A DNA stretch of 32,000 nt from the sequence record MK308637.1; one strand, 5' to 3'. Below are positions 1-9,429 of this stretch, in pieces. A model generated the notes under the pieces. It did no database searches. It saw only the letters and a list, made by a program, of their open reading frames with translations, and was not told the DNA's origin. How positions within the stretch are numbered: the first letter of the stretch is position 1; the number at the start of each line of letters is the position of its first letter. Made by a program: the position numbers and the translations under genes. Source of the stretch: Microbacterium phage Schubert.

Positions 1-1
1 G

Positions 2-238
2 GTGGTGACGGCTACTTCGAGTGAGGGCACCTCGGTCACCGTGCAGGCTCCCGACTGGGGAGCGCTGGTGGCCTACTACCGTAGCATGAGCCCGATCATG
101 CAGGCCACACAGCAGGACGTCCTCCGCGAGGTGCCCATCCCTGGAGGACCCCACGTGCGTCCCACCAACATGCACTCCACTGACGCTTCAGGAAGGACGG
201 TGCCCTACTATGGCGATGTCGACACTGACCTTGGCTGA
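2..238 (+). CDS. Partial CDS, C-terminal end of a virion-structural/head-region protein (function unclear)
   Basis: Open from the window edge to a stop at 238; lies immediately upstream of connector-type genes and overlaps the next start. Confidence 0.55.
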   Translation: MVTATSSEGTSVTVQAPDWGALVAYYRSMSPIMQATQQDVLREVPIPGGPHVRPTNMHSTDASGRTVPYYGDVDTDLG

Positions 239-614
239 AGCTAGCCGTCTCCTGGAGGAGCCGCTGATCGACAGCGTTCAGCTCCTGCTCGTCGGTGACC
301 CGGTCACTGTGGGCTTCGGGGTTATTCGACAGACGGTGCCTGTAGGTGACCCGGTGCCTGCACTGGTGCAGACCACGACTCTGGCCAACGCGGCTGAGTC
401 TCGCACCGACAACGTCTACTCGATCAAGGTTCCCCACGAGACCGTGATCGATGCTGGAATGGCCGTTGAGGTACTTACCTGCCATCGTGAGCCGTCCCTC
501 GTGGGCAAGAAGCTTCTGCTCGACAAGGTCAGCCAGAACGGTCTGGCCCTGATCCGCAAGGCTGTCGCAAGCGACTTCACCGTCGTCAACCAGGAAGGCA
601 AGGAGTACCTCTGA
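216..614 (+). CDS. Probable head-to-tail connector/adaptor protein
   Basis: ORF MSTLTLAEASRLLEEPLIDSVQLL...; position directly before the HK97 gp10-like gene. Start could be 210 or 216. Confidence 0.55.
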   Translation: MSTLTLAEASRLLEEPLIDSVQLLLVGDPVTVGFGVIRQTVPVGDPVPALVQTTTLANAAESRTDNVYSIKVPHETVIDAGMAVEVLTCHREPSLVGKKLLLDKVSQNGLALIRKAVASDFTVVNQEGKEYL

Positions 615-955
615 TGAGCATCACGATGGGCCAGCTCGCCTCCCGGTACGCTGAAGCAGCCAAGAGCCAGCCCGGTGCCGACAAGCTCAAGGCACTGGCT
701 CAGGTGGGGGTCGGTCTGGTGAAGCGCGAGATCCAGAACGTCCACGCGGTGGACACGGGCACCATGCTCAACAGCACCACGGCGGAGGCCTCCGGCAAGA
801 CCACCTGGCTCATCGGTCCCACGGTGGACTACGCTGTCTACGTCGCGCTGGGAACCAGCCGTATGCCTGCACGTCCCTTCCACATCAGTGCCGCTAAGCT
901 CCTGGCCGACCAGGTCGGGGACTTCGGGTTCACTCCTGAGGCGGTCGGTATCTGA
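614..955 (+). CDS. HK97 gp10-like neck/tail completion protein
   Basis: ORF MSITMGQLASRYAEAAKSQ...DTGTMLNSTTAE...GPTVDYAVYVALGTSRMPARPFH; the 'DTG..L..S...VDYA.YVE.GTs.mpARPF' pattern is typical of gp10-like proteins. Confidence 0.75.
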   Translation: MSITMGQLASRYAEAAKSQPGADKLKALAQVGVGLVKREIQNVHAVDTGTMLNSTTAEASGKTTWLIGPTVDYAVYVALGTSRMPARPFHISAAKLLADQVGDFGFTPEAVGI

Positions 956-1308
956 TGGACCTGCAGACGCTCAAGGACGGACTGGCCTCTCTGGGAGTGC
1001 CGGTCTACGTAGGGTACGCACCCTCGCACGCCAAGCTCCCATACGTGGTCCTCCGGCCTCTTCTGGCTGACCCCACTGATGTGGCCATCAACGGAGATGC
1101 GATCGACTGGGACAACCAGGCCACGGCCTACGCGGCGGGAGCCAGCGTCGAGGCCAGCTTCAACCTCGCCCGTGCGGTGATGGGCATCCTCCAGGGAGCA
1201 CGGATCGGCGGCTACGTGCTCGGTACGTCCATGGGCTACTCCGGTGCCCTGGTCGAGGGACACTACGAGTCGCAGGTAACCATCCAGAACAATCAGGGAG
1301 GCATCTGA
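955..1308 (+). CDS. Probable tail terminator protein
   Basis: MDLQTLKDGLASLGVPVYVGYAPSHAKLPYVVLRP...; synteny between gp10-like and tail tube genes. Confidence 0.6.
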   Translation: MDLQTLKDGLASLGVPVYVGYAPSHAKLPYVVLRPLLADPTDVAINGDAIDWDNQATAYAAGASVEASFNLARAVMGILQGARIGGYVLGTSMGYSGALVEGHYESQVTIQNNQGGI

Positions 1309-1550
1309 TGTCGAACATCAAGCCGAGCTCCCACGGCATCGTCGTGGAGCACAAGGAGACCGGCATCCACTACGCTGTATCGGACGCCAACTACAACGAG
1401 GCCATCCATCGCAAGGTGCGTGACCTCAAGCCGGGGGAGACGGTGCTCGGCTTCAAGCCCAAGCCCAAGGAGCCGCTCGGCGGCACCACGGCCACCAAGA
1501 CCGAGGGGTCGGCGTCCGCCGCATCCCAGGAGAAGAAGGAAGGAAACTGA
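1308..1550 (+). CDS. Hypothetical small protein in tail operon
   Basis: ATG overlaps the preceding stop (tgATGtcg); 80 aa ORF. Confidence 0.6.
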   Translation: MSNIKPSSHGIVVEHKETGIHYAVSDANYNEAIHRKVRDLKPGETVLGFKPKPKEPLGGTTATKTEGSASAASQEKKEGN

Positions 1551-1551
1551 C

Positions 1552-2049
1552 ATGGCTCCTCTGACCCAGTGGAACCCCTCGACGCAGATCAGTCGGGGTA
1601 ACATCGCTGTCGGTGTGGCTCCGGTCATCGCCGACATCAACAACCCGCTCCTCTCGGAGCTGGAAGCGGGTATCGGCCTCGACTGCTCGATCACCACGTT
1701 CAACGGCACCAGCTCGACGGACAGCGAGTCGGTTGACTGGCTGTGCGACCCGGCCTCGGAGCAGATCCCTGGCTCGACCACGCACACCATCGACGACCTG
1801 CTCATCAAGGCCACGGGCCAGGCAGACGAGGACCTGGTCAGTGCGCTGTCCATCGGTGACACGGTCTACATCTGGCGTCGTGATGGCGTCCCGCACGAGA
1901 CCGCTCTGGCGGCGTCTCAGAAGGTGTGGGTCTGGAAGGCCGTCATTACGTCGATCGACCCGGCCGAGGCGTCGAACACGTTCATCGGCATCACGGCTCA
2001 CGTCACGGTTCTGGCCCGTTCGAAGACGGCAGTCTCGATCTCGGCCTGA
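1552..2049 (+). CDS. Probable major tail (tube) protein
   Basis: MAPLTQWNPSTQISRGNIAVGVAPVIADINNP...; RBS-like AGAAGGAAG upstream of ATG 1552; located before the tail assembly chaperones. The longer ORF start in the track (1420) overlaps the previous gene. Confidence 0.65.
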   Translation: MAPLTQWNPSTQISRGNIAVGVAPVIADINNPLLSELEAGIGLDCSITTFNGTSSTDSESVDWLCDPASEQIPGSTTHTIDDLLIKATGQADEDLVSALSIGDTVYIWRRDGVPHETALAASQKVWVWKAVITSIDPAEASNTFIGITAHVTVLARSKTAVSISA

Positions 2050-2091
2050 GGCCACACGGTACCAATCCAACAAGACAGGTAGGAGAACACC

Positions 2092-2628
2092 ATGTCATTC
2101 AACAGCTACGAGGAGCTGATGCAGGCGGTGGAGGAGCGGCGCTCCGACACCCTCACGCTCGAGATCGATCTCGGTGGTCAGTACTCGCAGGAGTACGAAG
2201 ACGCCAAGACCGAGCTTCAGCAGGCCAAGGCTCTCAAGACGCTGGCAGGTGGTCAGGAGTTCCTGGCCGACAACCTCGCCAAGCTCGAGGCACGTGTGGC
2301 CGAGCTCAAGCCGGAAGGTCGGCCGGTGTGGATTCGTTTCAAGCGTCTGCCGCTCGTGGAGTGGGCAGTCCTGATGAAGTCGAACACCCTCCAGCCGATC
2401 GATCAGTACGAGTCGGTGCTGGCGAAGACCTTCGTCGGCATTTACGGCCAGGACCCGGAGGGTGAAGGCGTAGAGCCTCTGTCCACCGACCCGGCTCTCC
2501 TCAGCTCGAAGGGTGACAAGGGTATCCTCCCCGGAGGTGTGCTCCACCAGGTGGTCCAGGCGTTCATGTCCTGGCAGAACAGCGGCGGAGAGGTCTCCAT
2601 CCGCCCTACGAAATCGGGCCGCGTCTAG
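2092..2628 (+). CDS. Tail assembly chaperone, first ORF (G-like)
   Basis: MSFNSYEELMQAVEERRSDTLTLEIDL...; canonical position between major tail protein and tape measure; RBS taggAG. Confidence 0.75.
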   Translation: MSFNSYEELMQAVEERRSDTLTLEIDLGGQYSQEYEDAKTELQQAKALKTLAGGQEFLADNLAKLEARVAELKPEGRPVWIRFKRLPLVEWAVLMKSNTLQPIDQYESVLAKTFVGIYGQDPEGEGVEPLSTDPALLSSKGDKGILPGGVLHQVVQAFMSWQNSGGEVSIRPTKSGRV

Positions 2629-3029
2629 GACTTCTCCTCGACATGGCCCTGGCATCCGGTCGACCCCCGCTTCGCCTCCTTGACGAGGGTCGGCCGGATG
2701 CCTGGACAGAGCTCGACCTAGAGGTCGTCTCTCAGTGGAAGCACATGAAGGAGGTCAGGTGCCCCGGTTGCGGTAGGCCGCTGGCGGAGCATCTGTACAA
2801 CTCAACAATCGGCAGGGAAGAGACCATCGAGGACTATGAGGTCTACTCCGTTGACTGCCCCGCTCAGCAAGCTATCGCAGGCGGACAGGCGGCATGGAGG
2901 CAGGCCAACAAGGGTGCCATCGATGCTCACAACAAGGGCAACGGTCCCGACCCCAGCATGGGAGTCTACTGGCTCACCAAGCGGGACGGGGAAAGGTTGC
3001 CTCTTCCGGAACCTGAACAGACCAGCTAG
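2517..3029 (+). CDS. Tail assembly chaperone, second ORF (T-like), probably translated by -1 frameshift from the preceding ORF
   Basis: Open frame in -1 relative to 2092..2628, bounded upstream by TGA at 2514-2516; contains VRCPGCGRPLAEHLYN; no convincing RBS for the internal ATG at 2643. The start coordinate is the frame boundary, not a start codon. Confidence 0.6.
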   Translation, partial: QGYPPRRCAPPGGPGVHVLAEQRRRGLHPPYEIGPRLGLLLDMALASGRPPLRLLDEGRPDAWTELDLEVVSQWKHMKEVRCPGCGRPLAEHLYNSTIGREETIEDYEVYSVDCPAQQAIAGGQAAWRQANKGAIDAHNKGNGPDPSMGVYWLTKRDGERLPLPEPEQTS

Positions 3030-3043
3030 AAAGGAGGACCGGC

Positions 3044-5440
3044 ATGGCAGATAACGACGTCCGTATCAAGCTCTCGCTTGACGGAGCTGACCAGGTCCAG
3101 AAGGGACTGGCCGGTGTCGGCGACAGTGCCAGTAAGGCCGACTCCAAGCTGGGTGGAATGGTCAAGGGCGGGCTGATCGGTGCCGGGAAGGCACTGGTCG
3201 GCTTCGCCTCCGCTTCTGCGGCGGCAGGAGGCGCTCTCGTAGCTGGTGTGGCCAGTCAGTATGCTGAGTATCAGCAGAACGTAGGCGGCATCGAGACTCT
3301 GTTCGGCAACTCCGCCGACAAGATGAAGCAGTACGCGGCCAACGCATACCAGACGGCTGGTCTGAGCGCAAACGAGTTCATGAGCCAGGCCACATCGTTC
3401 GCGGCGGCACTGACCGGGAGCCTCGGTGAAGGCGAGGACGCGGCCAAGGCGGCTAACGACATCATGATCGCGATGTCGGACAACGCCAACAAGATGGGCA
3501 CCGACATCGGGGCCATCCAGGACGCTTACCAGGGCTTCGCGAAGCAGAACTTCACGATGCTCGACAACCTCAAGCTCGGGTACGGTGGTACCCAGGCTGA
3601 GATGCAGAGGCTCCTCGACGACGCGGAGAAGCTCCCCGGCGCGATGGGTCAGGAGTTCGACCTCAACAACTTCGCCGACGTGACCAAGGCCATCCAGCTC
3701 ATCCAGGAAGAGATGGGCATCGCTGGCACCACGGCGGCTGAGGCCACGCAGACCATCTCCGGTTCCATCGGGATGCTCAAGGGTGCGTGGTCCAACCTGC
3801 TGGTCGGACTCGGTGACGCGGACGCCGACATCGCCACGCTGGCCGGTAACGTCATCACGTCGTTCGAGACCGTGGTGACCAACATCTCGCCTGTCATTGA
3901 GAACATCGGCTCCAACATCGCCACTCTCGGGCCTCAGATCGGTGGCATGATGGAGACGCTGGTCAGTGCTATTGCCAGCGCGATCCCGGGCATGCTCGAG
4001 GCTGGTGTGGCCATTATTGGTGGTCTTATCGAGGGCATCGGCTCCGCCCTGCCGGGGCTGATCACTGCGGCTGTCCCTGTCATCGTCAACCTGGTGAACA
4101 CCCTGAGTGGTCTGCTCCCCCTCCTGATCGAGACGGGCATGCAGGCTATCGGCGCTCTGATCCAGGGTCTGGCAGAGGCGGCTCCCCAGCTCACCCCGGC
4201 TATCACTGAGGGTCTGCTCGGGATGGTCAACGCTCTGATCCTGAACCTGCCCCTGCTCCTGGAGGCCGGACTCCAGCTGATTATGGGTCTGGCTGATGGA
4301 ATCCTGCAGTCCATCCCGATCCTCATCGAGATGCTCCCCGTCATTATCGAGAACCTGGTGGCATTCTTCACCGGGGCAATCCCGATGATCATCCAGGCAG
4401 GTCTCCAGCTCTTCACGGCACTTGTCGGAGCTCTGCCCACCATCATCACCCAGATCGTGGCAGTGCTCCCGCAGATCATCCAGTCGGTGATCGGTGCGGT
4501 GATCGGTGCCGTGCCTCTCCTGGTGGACGCCGGTATCCAGCTCCTCACCGCTCTGGTGACTGCCCTGCCTACCATCATCAACGTGATCGTGGGAGCACTC
4601 CCGCAGATCATCACGTCGGTGCTGAACGCTGTGCTGGGAGCTATCCCTCAGCTGATCAATGCCGGCATCCAGCTCTTCATTGCTCTGATCGGTGCTCTGC
4701 CCCAGATCATCAACACCATTGTCGGTGCCCTGCCCCGTATCATCGGAGCTGTTCTCAACGGCATCGCTGGGGCCATCCCCCAGCTCATCCGGGCCGGTGT
4801 CCAGCTTCTGGTGTCGCTTATCGCCAACCTGCCCCAGATCATCGGCACCATTGTAGGAGCCATTCCTCAGATCATCGGGGGAATCGTCGGGGCACTTGGC
4901 AACGGAATCGGCCAGATCGTCAGCGTCGGCGGCAACATCGTCCGTGGCCTGTGGGAGGGTATCTCCGGAGCGGCAGGGTGGCTCTTCGGAAAGATCAGTG
5001 GATTCGTCAACGACGTCATGAGCAACATCGGTAGCTTCTTCGGAATCGCGTCGCCGTCGAAGCGTATGCGTGACGAGATCGGTAAGTACCTGCCCTCCGG
5101 TATCGGTGTCGGCGTCGAGCAGAACGAGGACGAGGCTCTCAAGCCTATCGAGAACCTCAACAAGAAGATCATCAAGGAGAGTACCAGTCTTCCCAGCCTG
5201 AATGTCTCCCACGACGTGACCCAGTCCGTGACTCCTCAGATCACCCCGAACTACCCGATCTCTCCGATGGCGGTCACGGCCACACCGACGGGCACGGGCG
5301 CTACCACGATTACCATCTCTGGTCCCCTGGTGAGTGTGGCCGAGATGCAGGTGCGGAACGACCAGGACATCCGCCGCCTTTCCACTCAGCTCAAGACGGA
5401 TATGACCCGTGAGCTTCGCGCACAGGGAGTTATGGCATGA
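3044..5440 (+). CDS. Tape measure protein
   Basis: 798 aa; N-term MADNDVRIKLSLDGADQVQKGLAGVGDSASKADSKL, long hydrophobic helix-rich repeats (LPQIIxxIVGALPQII); position after chaperones. Confidence 0.93.
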   Translation: MADNDVRIKLSLDGADQVQKGLAGVGDSASKADSKLGGMVKGGLIGAGKALVGFASASAAAGGALVAGVASQYAEYQQNVGGIETLFGNSADKMKQYAANAYQTAGLSANEFMSQATSFAAALTGSLGEGEDAAKAANDIMIAMSDNANKMGTDIGAIQDAYQGFAKQNFTMLDNLKLGYGGTQAEMQRLLDDAEKLPGAMGQEFDLNNFADVTKAIQLIQEEMGIAGTTAAEATQTISGSIGMLKGAWSNLLVGLGDADADIATLAGNVITSFETVVTNISPVIENIGSNIATLGPQIGGMMETLVSAIASAIPGMLEAGVAIIGGLIEGIGSALPGLITAAVPVIVNLVNTLSGLLPLLIETGMQAIGALIQGLAEAAPQLTPAITEGLLGMVNALILNLPLLLEAGLQLIMGLADGILQSIPILIEMLPVIIENLVAFFTGAIPMIIQAGLQLFTALVGALPTIITQIVAVLPQIIQSVIGAVIGAVPLLVDAGIQLLTALVTALPTIINVIVGALPQIITSVLNAVLGAIPQLINAGIQLFIALIGALPQIINTIVGALPRIIGAVLNGIAGAIPQLIRAGVQLLVSLIANLPQIIGTIVGAIPQIIGGIVGALGNGIGQIVSVGGNIVRGLWEGISGAAGWLFGKISGFVNDVMSNIGSFFGIASPSKRMRDEIGKYLPSGIGVGVEQNEDEALKPIENLNKKIIKESTSLPSLNVSHDVTQSVTPQITPNYPISPMAVTATPTGTGATTITISGPLVSVAEMQVRNDQDIRRLSTQLKTDMTRELRAQGVMA
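4000..4925 (+). repeat. Degenerate internal repeats in tape measure gene (LP.II..IVGA.PQI / aginLL.aLi.aLP)
   Basis: Repeated translated units such as 'VPLLVDAGIQLLTALVTALPTIINVIVGALPQIITSVLNAVLGAIPQLINAGIQLFIALIGALPQIINTIVGALPRII'. Confidence 0.75.
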
Positions 5441-6210
5441 GCTTCAAGCTGGGCACCTTCGACTCGGACAACATCGAGGGCTTCAAGGCTATCCTGACGG
5501 CATGGCCGATGCTCCCGAACGAGATTCACCTGGACGACCTTCCTGCGGGGGACGGAGCACTGTACTACCGCTCCCGCATGACTCAGACTGAGTGGGAGTT
5601 CCGCCTCGAGGTCACTGGAACCGACCTGTCCGATGTGTTGGCCAAGGCCGACCAGATCAGCCAGGCACTCAACCCCAAGATGCACGGTCTGCAGGACTTC
5701 ACGCCGAACCCTCATGAGGGATGGACGTGGAAGGGTGTCCTTGCTGGCCCGGTGTCGTGGGAGAGGGACCAGGTTCTCTGGTTCTCCGACCAGGGGGTCT
5801 CCCGCCTGCACGGTAGCGCTACGGTTGCTACCCCCAACCCTTACGGGTATGCCGCTGTCTCTGCTGTGTCTCTCTCAGCTCCCGGCGCGCTGGCCCTGGC
5901 GGCTGGGGGTAACACCAGCTTCCTGCCTACGATTGAGTTCCGAGGGGTTCTCAGCTCCTCCCAGTCCTTCTCGGCAGGAGGCACCACGGTCACCGGTCCC
6001 CTCACTGCATCCCAGACGCTGGTGCTCGACTTCGAGAACCTGGACTTCTACATCAAGAACACTTCGACGGGGGCTAAGGTACGTAACGTCGCTGACCGCA
6101 TCACTGAGTTCGAGAGGCTCGAAGGGGTTGGCTCTCTCAACGTGCCCGTCAGCATCAGTGGAGGCACGTTCACCCAGGCTGTCGGCCGTGTCAACGCAAG
6201 GAAGATCTGA
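5437..6210 (+). CDS. Distal tail / minor tail protein
   Basis: MSFKLGTFDSDNIEGFKAILTAWPMLPNEIHLDDLPAGDG...; first gene after the tape measure; ATG overlaps the upstream stop (atggcATGAgc). Confidence 0.7.
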   Translation: MSFKLGTFDSDNIEGFKAILTAWPMLPNEIHLDDLPAGDGALYYRSRMTQTEWEFRLEVTGTDLSDVLAKADQISQALNPKMHGLQDFTPNPHEGWTWKGVLAGPVSWERDQVLWFSDQGVSRLHGSATVATPNPYGYAAVSAVSLSAPGALALAAGGNTSFLPTIEFRGVLSSSQSFSAGGTTVTGPLTASQTLVLDFENLDFYIKNTSTGAKVRNVADRITEFERLEGVGSLNVPVSISGGTFTQAVGRVNARKI

Positions 6211-8636
6211 TGGCTGTCTACAGTAGGGCAACCAGTCGAGGAGACTGGACCGGCGAGTGGGACGCGGATGCCGTTACTCAGCTCCTGCTCCGCATGGGGT
6301 CGTTCGTCGGTACGGGGGACCCCCGCGACACTCCCGACTCCTCGGGCAAGGACCGCGAGGCTTATGTGGTCAACTACGCGGGTACTTCAGCGGCGGCAGT
6401 CCAGACCCGCTGGGGCACGGGCATCCGTCTGAACGAGACCTCCCTGGCTGAGCACTCGTACGTCCGGGTTCCGTACACGGCTGGCATGTGGCCGTCCTCG
6501 GGAAGCCTGATGGTCGGCACGTGGTACTCTGGCAAGAACGACCAGACCTGGAACCCTGTACTCAGCACGCGCGGCACGTCCGGTAAGAACCCGCTGTTCC
6601 ATCTGGCCGTCAACAACACCGGAACCCAGAACCTGCTCAACTACCGGCTGTACTCGGCTTCCGGAACTGAGCTGGTCAACGCTTACATCACCACATACCA
6701 TATCCCGGCCGACACGTGGGTCTGGATCGGCATCGAGATCGACCTGACTCTGGGAACCTACACGGTACACATCGTGGGTCTGGACGGCACGTCTGCTAGC
6801 GTTAGCGGCACGGCTTCTGGAATGAACGCTTCGTGCGAGGCTCACCTGGATGTCGCTTACGGTCCGGAAGGGTACTGGTCTCGGTGCACCGTGGATGAGG
6901 TCGTCCTGGTCGCTCCCTGGTCGGGAAACGCGGGTCAGTGGGCCAAGCGGTCTGCCCTGGCCGATGGTGCTCTGGAGGCTACCGGGGCAGACACCAGCAC
7001 TGTCGTAGGACGTCTGGCCGTTCGGGAGACGGCTACCCTGCCTGTAGTGGCACACACTCGAGCCATGCCGGGAGCGTGGGGCACCGATACCCCTCAGATC
7101 ACGGTGAACGGACAGGGAGCCACGGTGCGCTACCGCACCAGCTCCAACCTGACTTCCTGGAGTGGGTGGAAGAACCTCTCCAGCATCGAGACCGAGCCGA
7201 ATGCGGCATGGATCCAGTACGAGGTAACGCTGTCGGCGTCTGACAGCTACGTAGACGAGATCCTGCTCAGCACGGCTCCCCCTGCGACCCCTCCCCTGCC
7301 GAACACCCTGCCGGTCCAGCCGTTCTCCCTGGACCCGCTCCTGGTCGTTCCGAGCGGGGGAGGGGTCTTCCTCCAGGACACCCTGCTGGCGTGCAAGACT
7401 CTGGACACGGACAGCAATGAGTCTACCCTGACCTTCACCCTGTCTCTGGCTGACCCCAAGGCCACACTGATCGAGCCGGAGATGCCGGTCGTGTTCAAGG
7501 GACGGCACTATGTGGCCAGGTCACTCACCACGACCAAGAGCGGCACTCGAGCTCAGGTCGAGGTCTACTGTGAGCGGAATTGGTATAACCTGCTGTACGC
7601 TGGTCAGATCGACGCTCAGACGTGGACCGGCACGGCATTCGATGCCATGACTGCTGTGCTGGCCGGTACCGACTGGTATGTGGGCCAGGTGGACCCCGGC
7701 CAGACCCTCGGCTGGGAGTCGGAGTCCAGCACCGTGCTCGGTACTCTCAAGCAGATCGCCAAGGTGTACGGAGGAGACCTGGTCTTCGATGACGTTAACC
7801 ACTTCGTCCACCTTCTGGACCAGGGTGGCCGTGATCGTGGCACGTACTTCGACTACGACAAGGGAATCAAGTCTGCTACGAAGCAGGTCGACACGACTAA
7901 CCTGGTGACCCGGATCTACGGTCGCAACGCGGACGGCCTGACCATCGCCCCGGCGAATGGTGGCGTCGACTACATCGAGGACTTCACCTGGACCGATGAG
8001 GTGCGGGTCAGTGTCTACGACTTCAAGTCGGGCATGACTCCTCACGCCATGATGAGGTTCCTGCAGGCATTCCTCGCGGACCGCGCCAAGCCCACCATCA
8101 GCTACGAGTACGAGGTCAGCGGACTGGTCGACCGTATCGATGAGATCGACCGATTCGAGGTACTGGACATCATCTTCGTGATGGATGAGGACTACTCTCA
8201 GTCGGTCAAGAGCCGCGTGGTCCAGCTCGAGATTGACTGGGTGGACCTGCGCAAGTCCAAGATCACGCTGGCCAACAAGCTCCGCTCTCTGGCCTCCAGC
8301 GACAGTAGCACCGACCCCGGCGCTCTGACTACCGGCCAGACCATCGACACTCGGGACATCAACCCGTTCAACCTGCTCCTGAACAGCCGTGGCGACAACG
8401 GCATGGCTCACTGGGCAGGCAACAACGTCACCGTCGTGGAGGGCGGAAGCACGGGTCGGTACTCGTTCGCCTTCGGTGCCAGCGGAGGTTCTCTCGAGCA
8501 GACGGTGACTAGCGACAACCGGGACAGCTTCGTCTTCTCCGCCGCTGTGGATGCTCCTAGCGAGGCCAACCTCACCATCGAGGTTACCTTCCAGTACACT
8601 GACGGCACCACTGAGACCCAGACCCTGGAGCTGTGA
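6210..8636 (+). CDS. Large minor tail protein (tail-associated, likely with LamG/concanavalin-like N-terminal module)
   Basis: 808 aa; regions SGSLMVGTWYSGKNDQTWNPVLSTRG... WVWIGIEIDLTLGTYTVHIVG resemble a jelly-roll module; C-terminal part resembles siphophage tail protein (YNLLYAGQIDAQTW...VFDDVNHFVHLLDQ). Confidence 0.7.
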   Translation: MAVYSRATSRGDWTGEWDADAVTQLLLRMGSFVGTGDPRDTPDSSGKDREAYVVNYAGTSAAAVQTRWGTGIRLNETSLAEHSYVRVPYTAGMWPSSGSLMVGTWYSGKNDQTWNPVLSTRGTSGKNPLFHLAVNNTGTQNLLNYRLYSASGTELVNAYITTYHIPADTWVWIGIEIDLTLGTYTVHIVGLDGTSASVSGTASGMNASCEAHLDVAYGPEGYWSRCTVDEVVLVAPWSGNAGQWAKRSALADGALEATGADTSTVVGRLAVRETATLPVVAHTRAMPGAWGTDTPQITVNGQGATVRYRTSSNLTSWSGWKNLSSIETEPNAAWIQYEVTLSASDSYVDEILLSTAPPATPPLPNTLPVQPFSLDPLLVVPSGGGVFLQDTLLACKTLDTDSNESTLTFTLSLADPKATLIEPEMPVVFKGRHYVARSLTTTKSGTRAQVEVYCERNWYNLLYAGQIDAQTWTGTAFDAMTAVLAGTDWYVGQVDPGQTLGWESESSTVLGTLKQIAKVYGGDLVFDDVNHFVHLLDQGGRDRGTYFDYDKGIKSATKQVDTTNLVTRIYGRNADGLTIAPANGGVDYIEDFTWTDEVRVSVYDFKSGMTPHAMMRFLQAFLADRAKPTISYEYEVSGLVDRIDEIDRFEVLDIIFVMDEDYSQSVKSRVVQLEIDWVDLRKSKITLANKLRSLASSDSSTDPGALTTGQTIDTRDINPFNLLLNSRGDNGMAHWAGNNVTVVEGGSTGRYSFAFGASGGSLEQTVTSDNRDSFVFSAAVDAPSEANLTIEVTFQYTDGTTETQTLEL

Positions 8637-8637
8637 C

Positions 8638-8829
8638 ATGGCAATGCAGCGTCGAGTCGTGGTGCGTAACCCCAGCGCGTTCAAGCAGACTCTCACCATC
8701 AAGGTGAAGGTCACGACCACTGACGGCAACGTCAAGATCACGGACATGATCCTTCAGGCTGGTACCACGGGCACGGGATGGGTTCCTAACGTTACCGAGA
8801 TGCCCTGGACGACGGGAGTGGTGAGCTAG
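8638..8829 (+). CDS. Small tail-cassette protein
   Basis: MAMQRRVVVRNPSAFKQTLTIKVKVTTTDGNVKITDMILQAGTTGTGWVPNVTEM; tight coupling with both neighbours. Confidence 0.6.
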   Translation: MAMQRRVVVRNPSAFKQTLTIKVKVTTTDGNVKITDMILQAGTTGTGWVPNVTEMPWTTGVVS

Positions 8830-9429
8830 ATGGCATTCGTGCGCACTTTCGGCCAGCTCAAGCCGTCCAAGGACGTGGTAGGTGTGGCCGTGCGGATTAC
8901 CTCTCAGGAGCAGGCTAAGGTCACGGACATCCAGCTGATTCCCGGCAGTAGCTTGTTCTCTTGGTCCCCCCAGGTCGGTGATCTGGGTCTCCGGGCGTCT
9001 CCCAGGTGGCGCTACATCAACGGAATGATCCAGTCGGACTACGACACGTGGGTCATGTCTGATGAGGATCAGGCCAGCCCGTACCGGGGCATCTTGTACC
9101 CTCGAGGAGCTCAGGACGTTCGCTGGGGTCTCCTTCACATGGGCCAGGTCTCCTCCAGGCAGGAGTTTAACGGGTATACCTACACTACCAGTCAGGGAGC
9201 AGGTGTTACGCCTCACTTGACGGCACGGGCAGACCAGCGTCTGGACCTGGTGACCACGGGCATCATGGGAGCCGTCATCGCTATCAAGGGCATCCACTCG
9301 GATGCTGGTGATGCCCCAGGACGTACTGACCTCGGCACCGTGACTGAATCTCACGCTGAGGGATGGTCGGCCGTATGGGCTTGGCATGACTCCTGGGAGA
9401 ACGTACTTGCAGAGCATGGAGGATGGTAA
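8830..9429 (+). CDS. Minor tail protein (hypothetical)
   Basis: MAFVRTFGQLKPSKDVVGVAVRITSQEQAKVTDIQLIPGSSLFSW...; coupled ATG following upstream stop. Confidence 0.65.
   Translation: MAFVRTFGQLKPSKDVVGVAVRITSQEQAKVTDIQLIPGSSLFSWSPQVGDLGLRASPRWRYINGMIQSDYDTWVMSDEDQASPYRGILYPRGAQDVRWGLLHMGQVSSRQEFNGYTYTTSQGAGVTPHLTARADQRLDLVTTGIMGAVIAIKGIHSDAGDAPGRTDLGTVTESHAEGWSAVWAWHDSWENVLAEHGGW

Noticed and set aside
4000-4925. Possible diversity-generating or tandem regulatory repeat
   Set aside because: The DNA repeats are degenerate and explained by the periodic hydrophobic repeats of a tape measure protein; no reverse transcriptase or template repeat seen.
3026-5212. 728-aa - strand ORF opposite the tape measure gene
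   Set aside because: Antisense mirror of a high-GC coding gene; Asp/Arg/His-rich low-complexity translation with no recognisable motifs, while the + strand frame is a clear tape measure protein.
7521-8747. 408-aa - strand ORF
   Set aside because: Antisense to the minor tail gene; no conserved motif.
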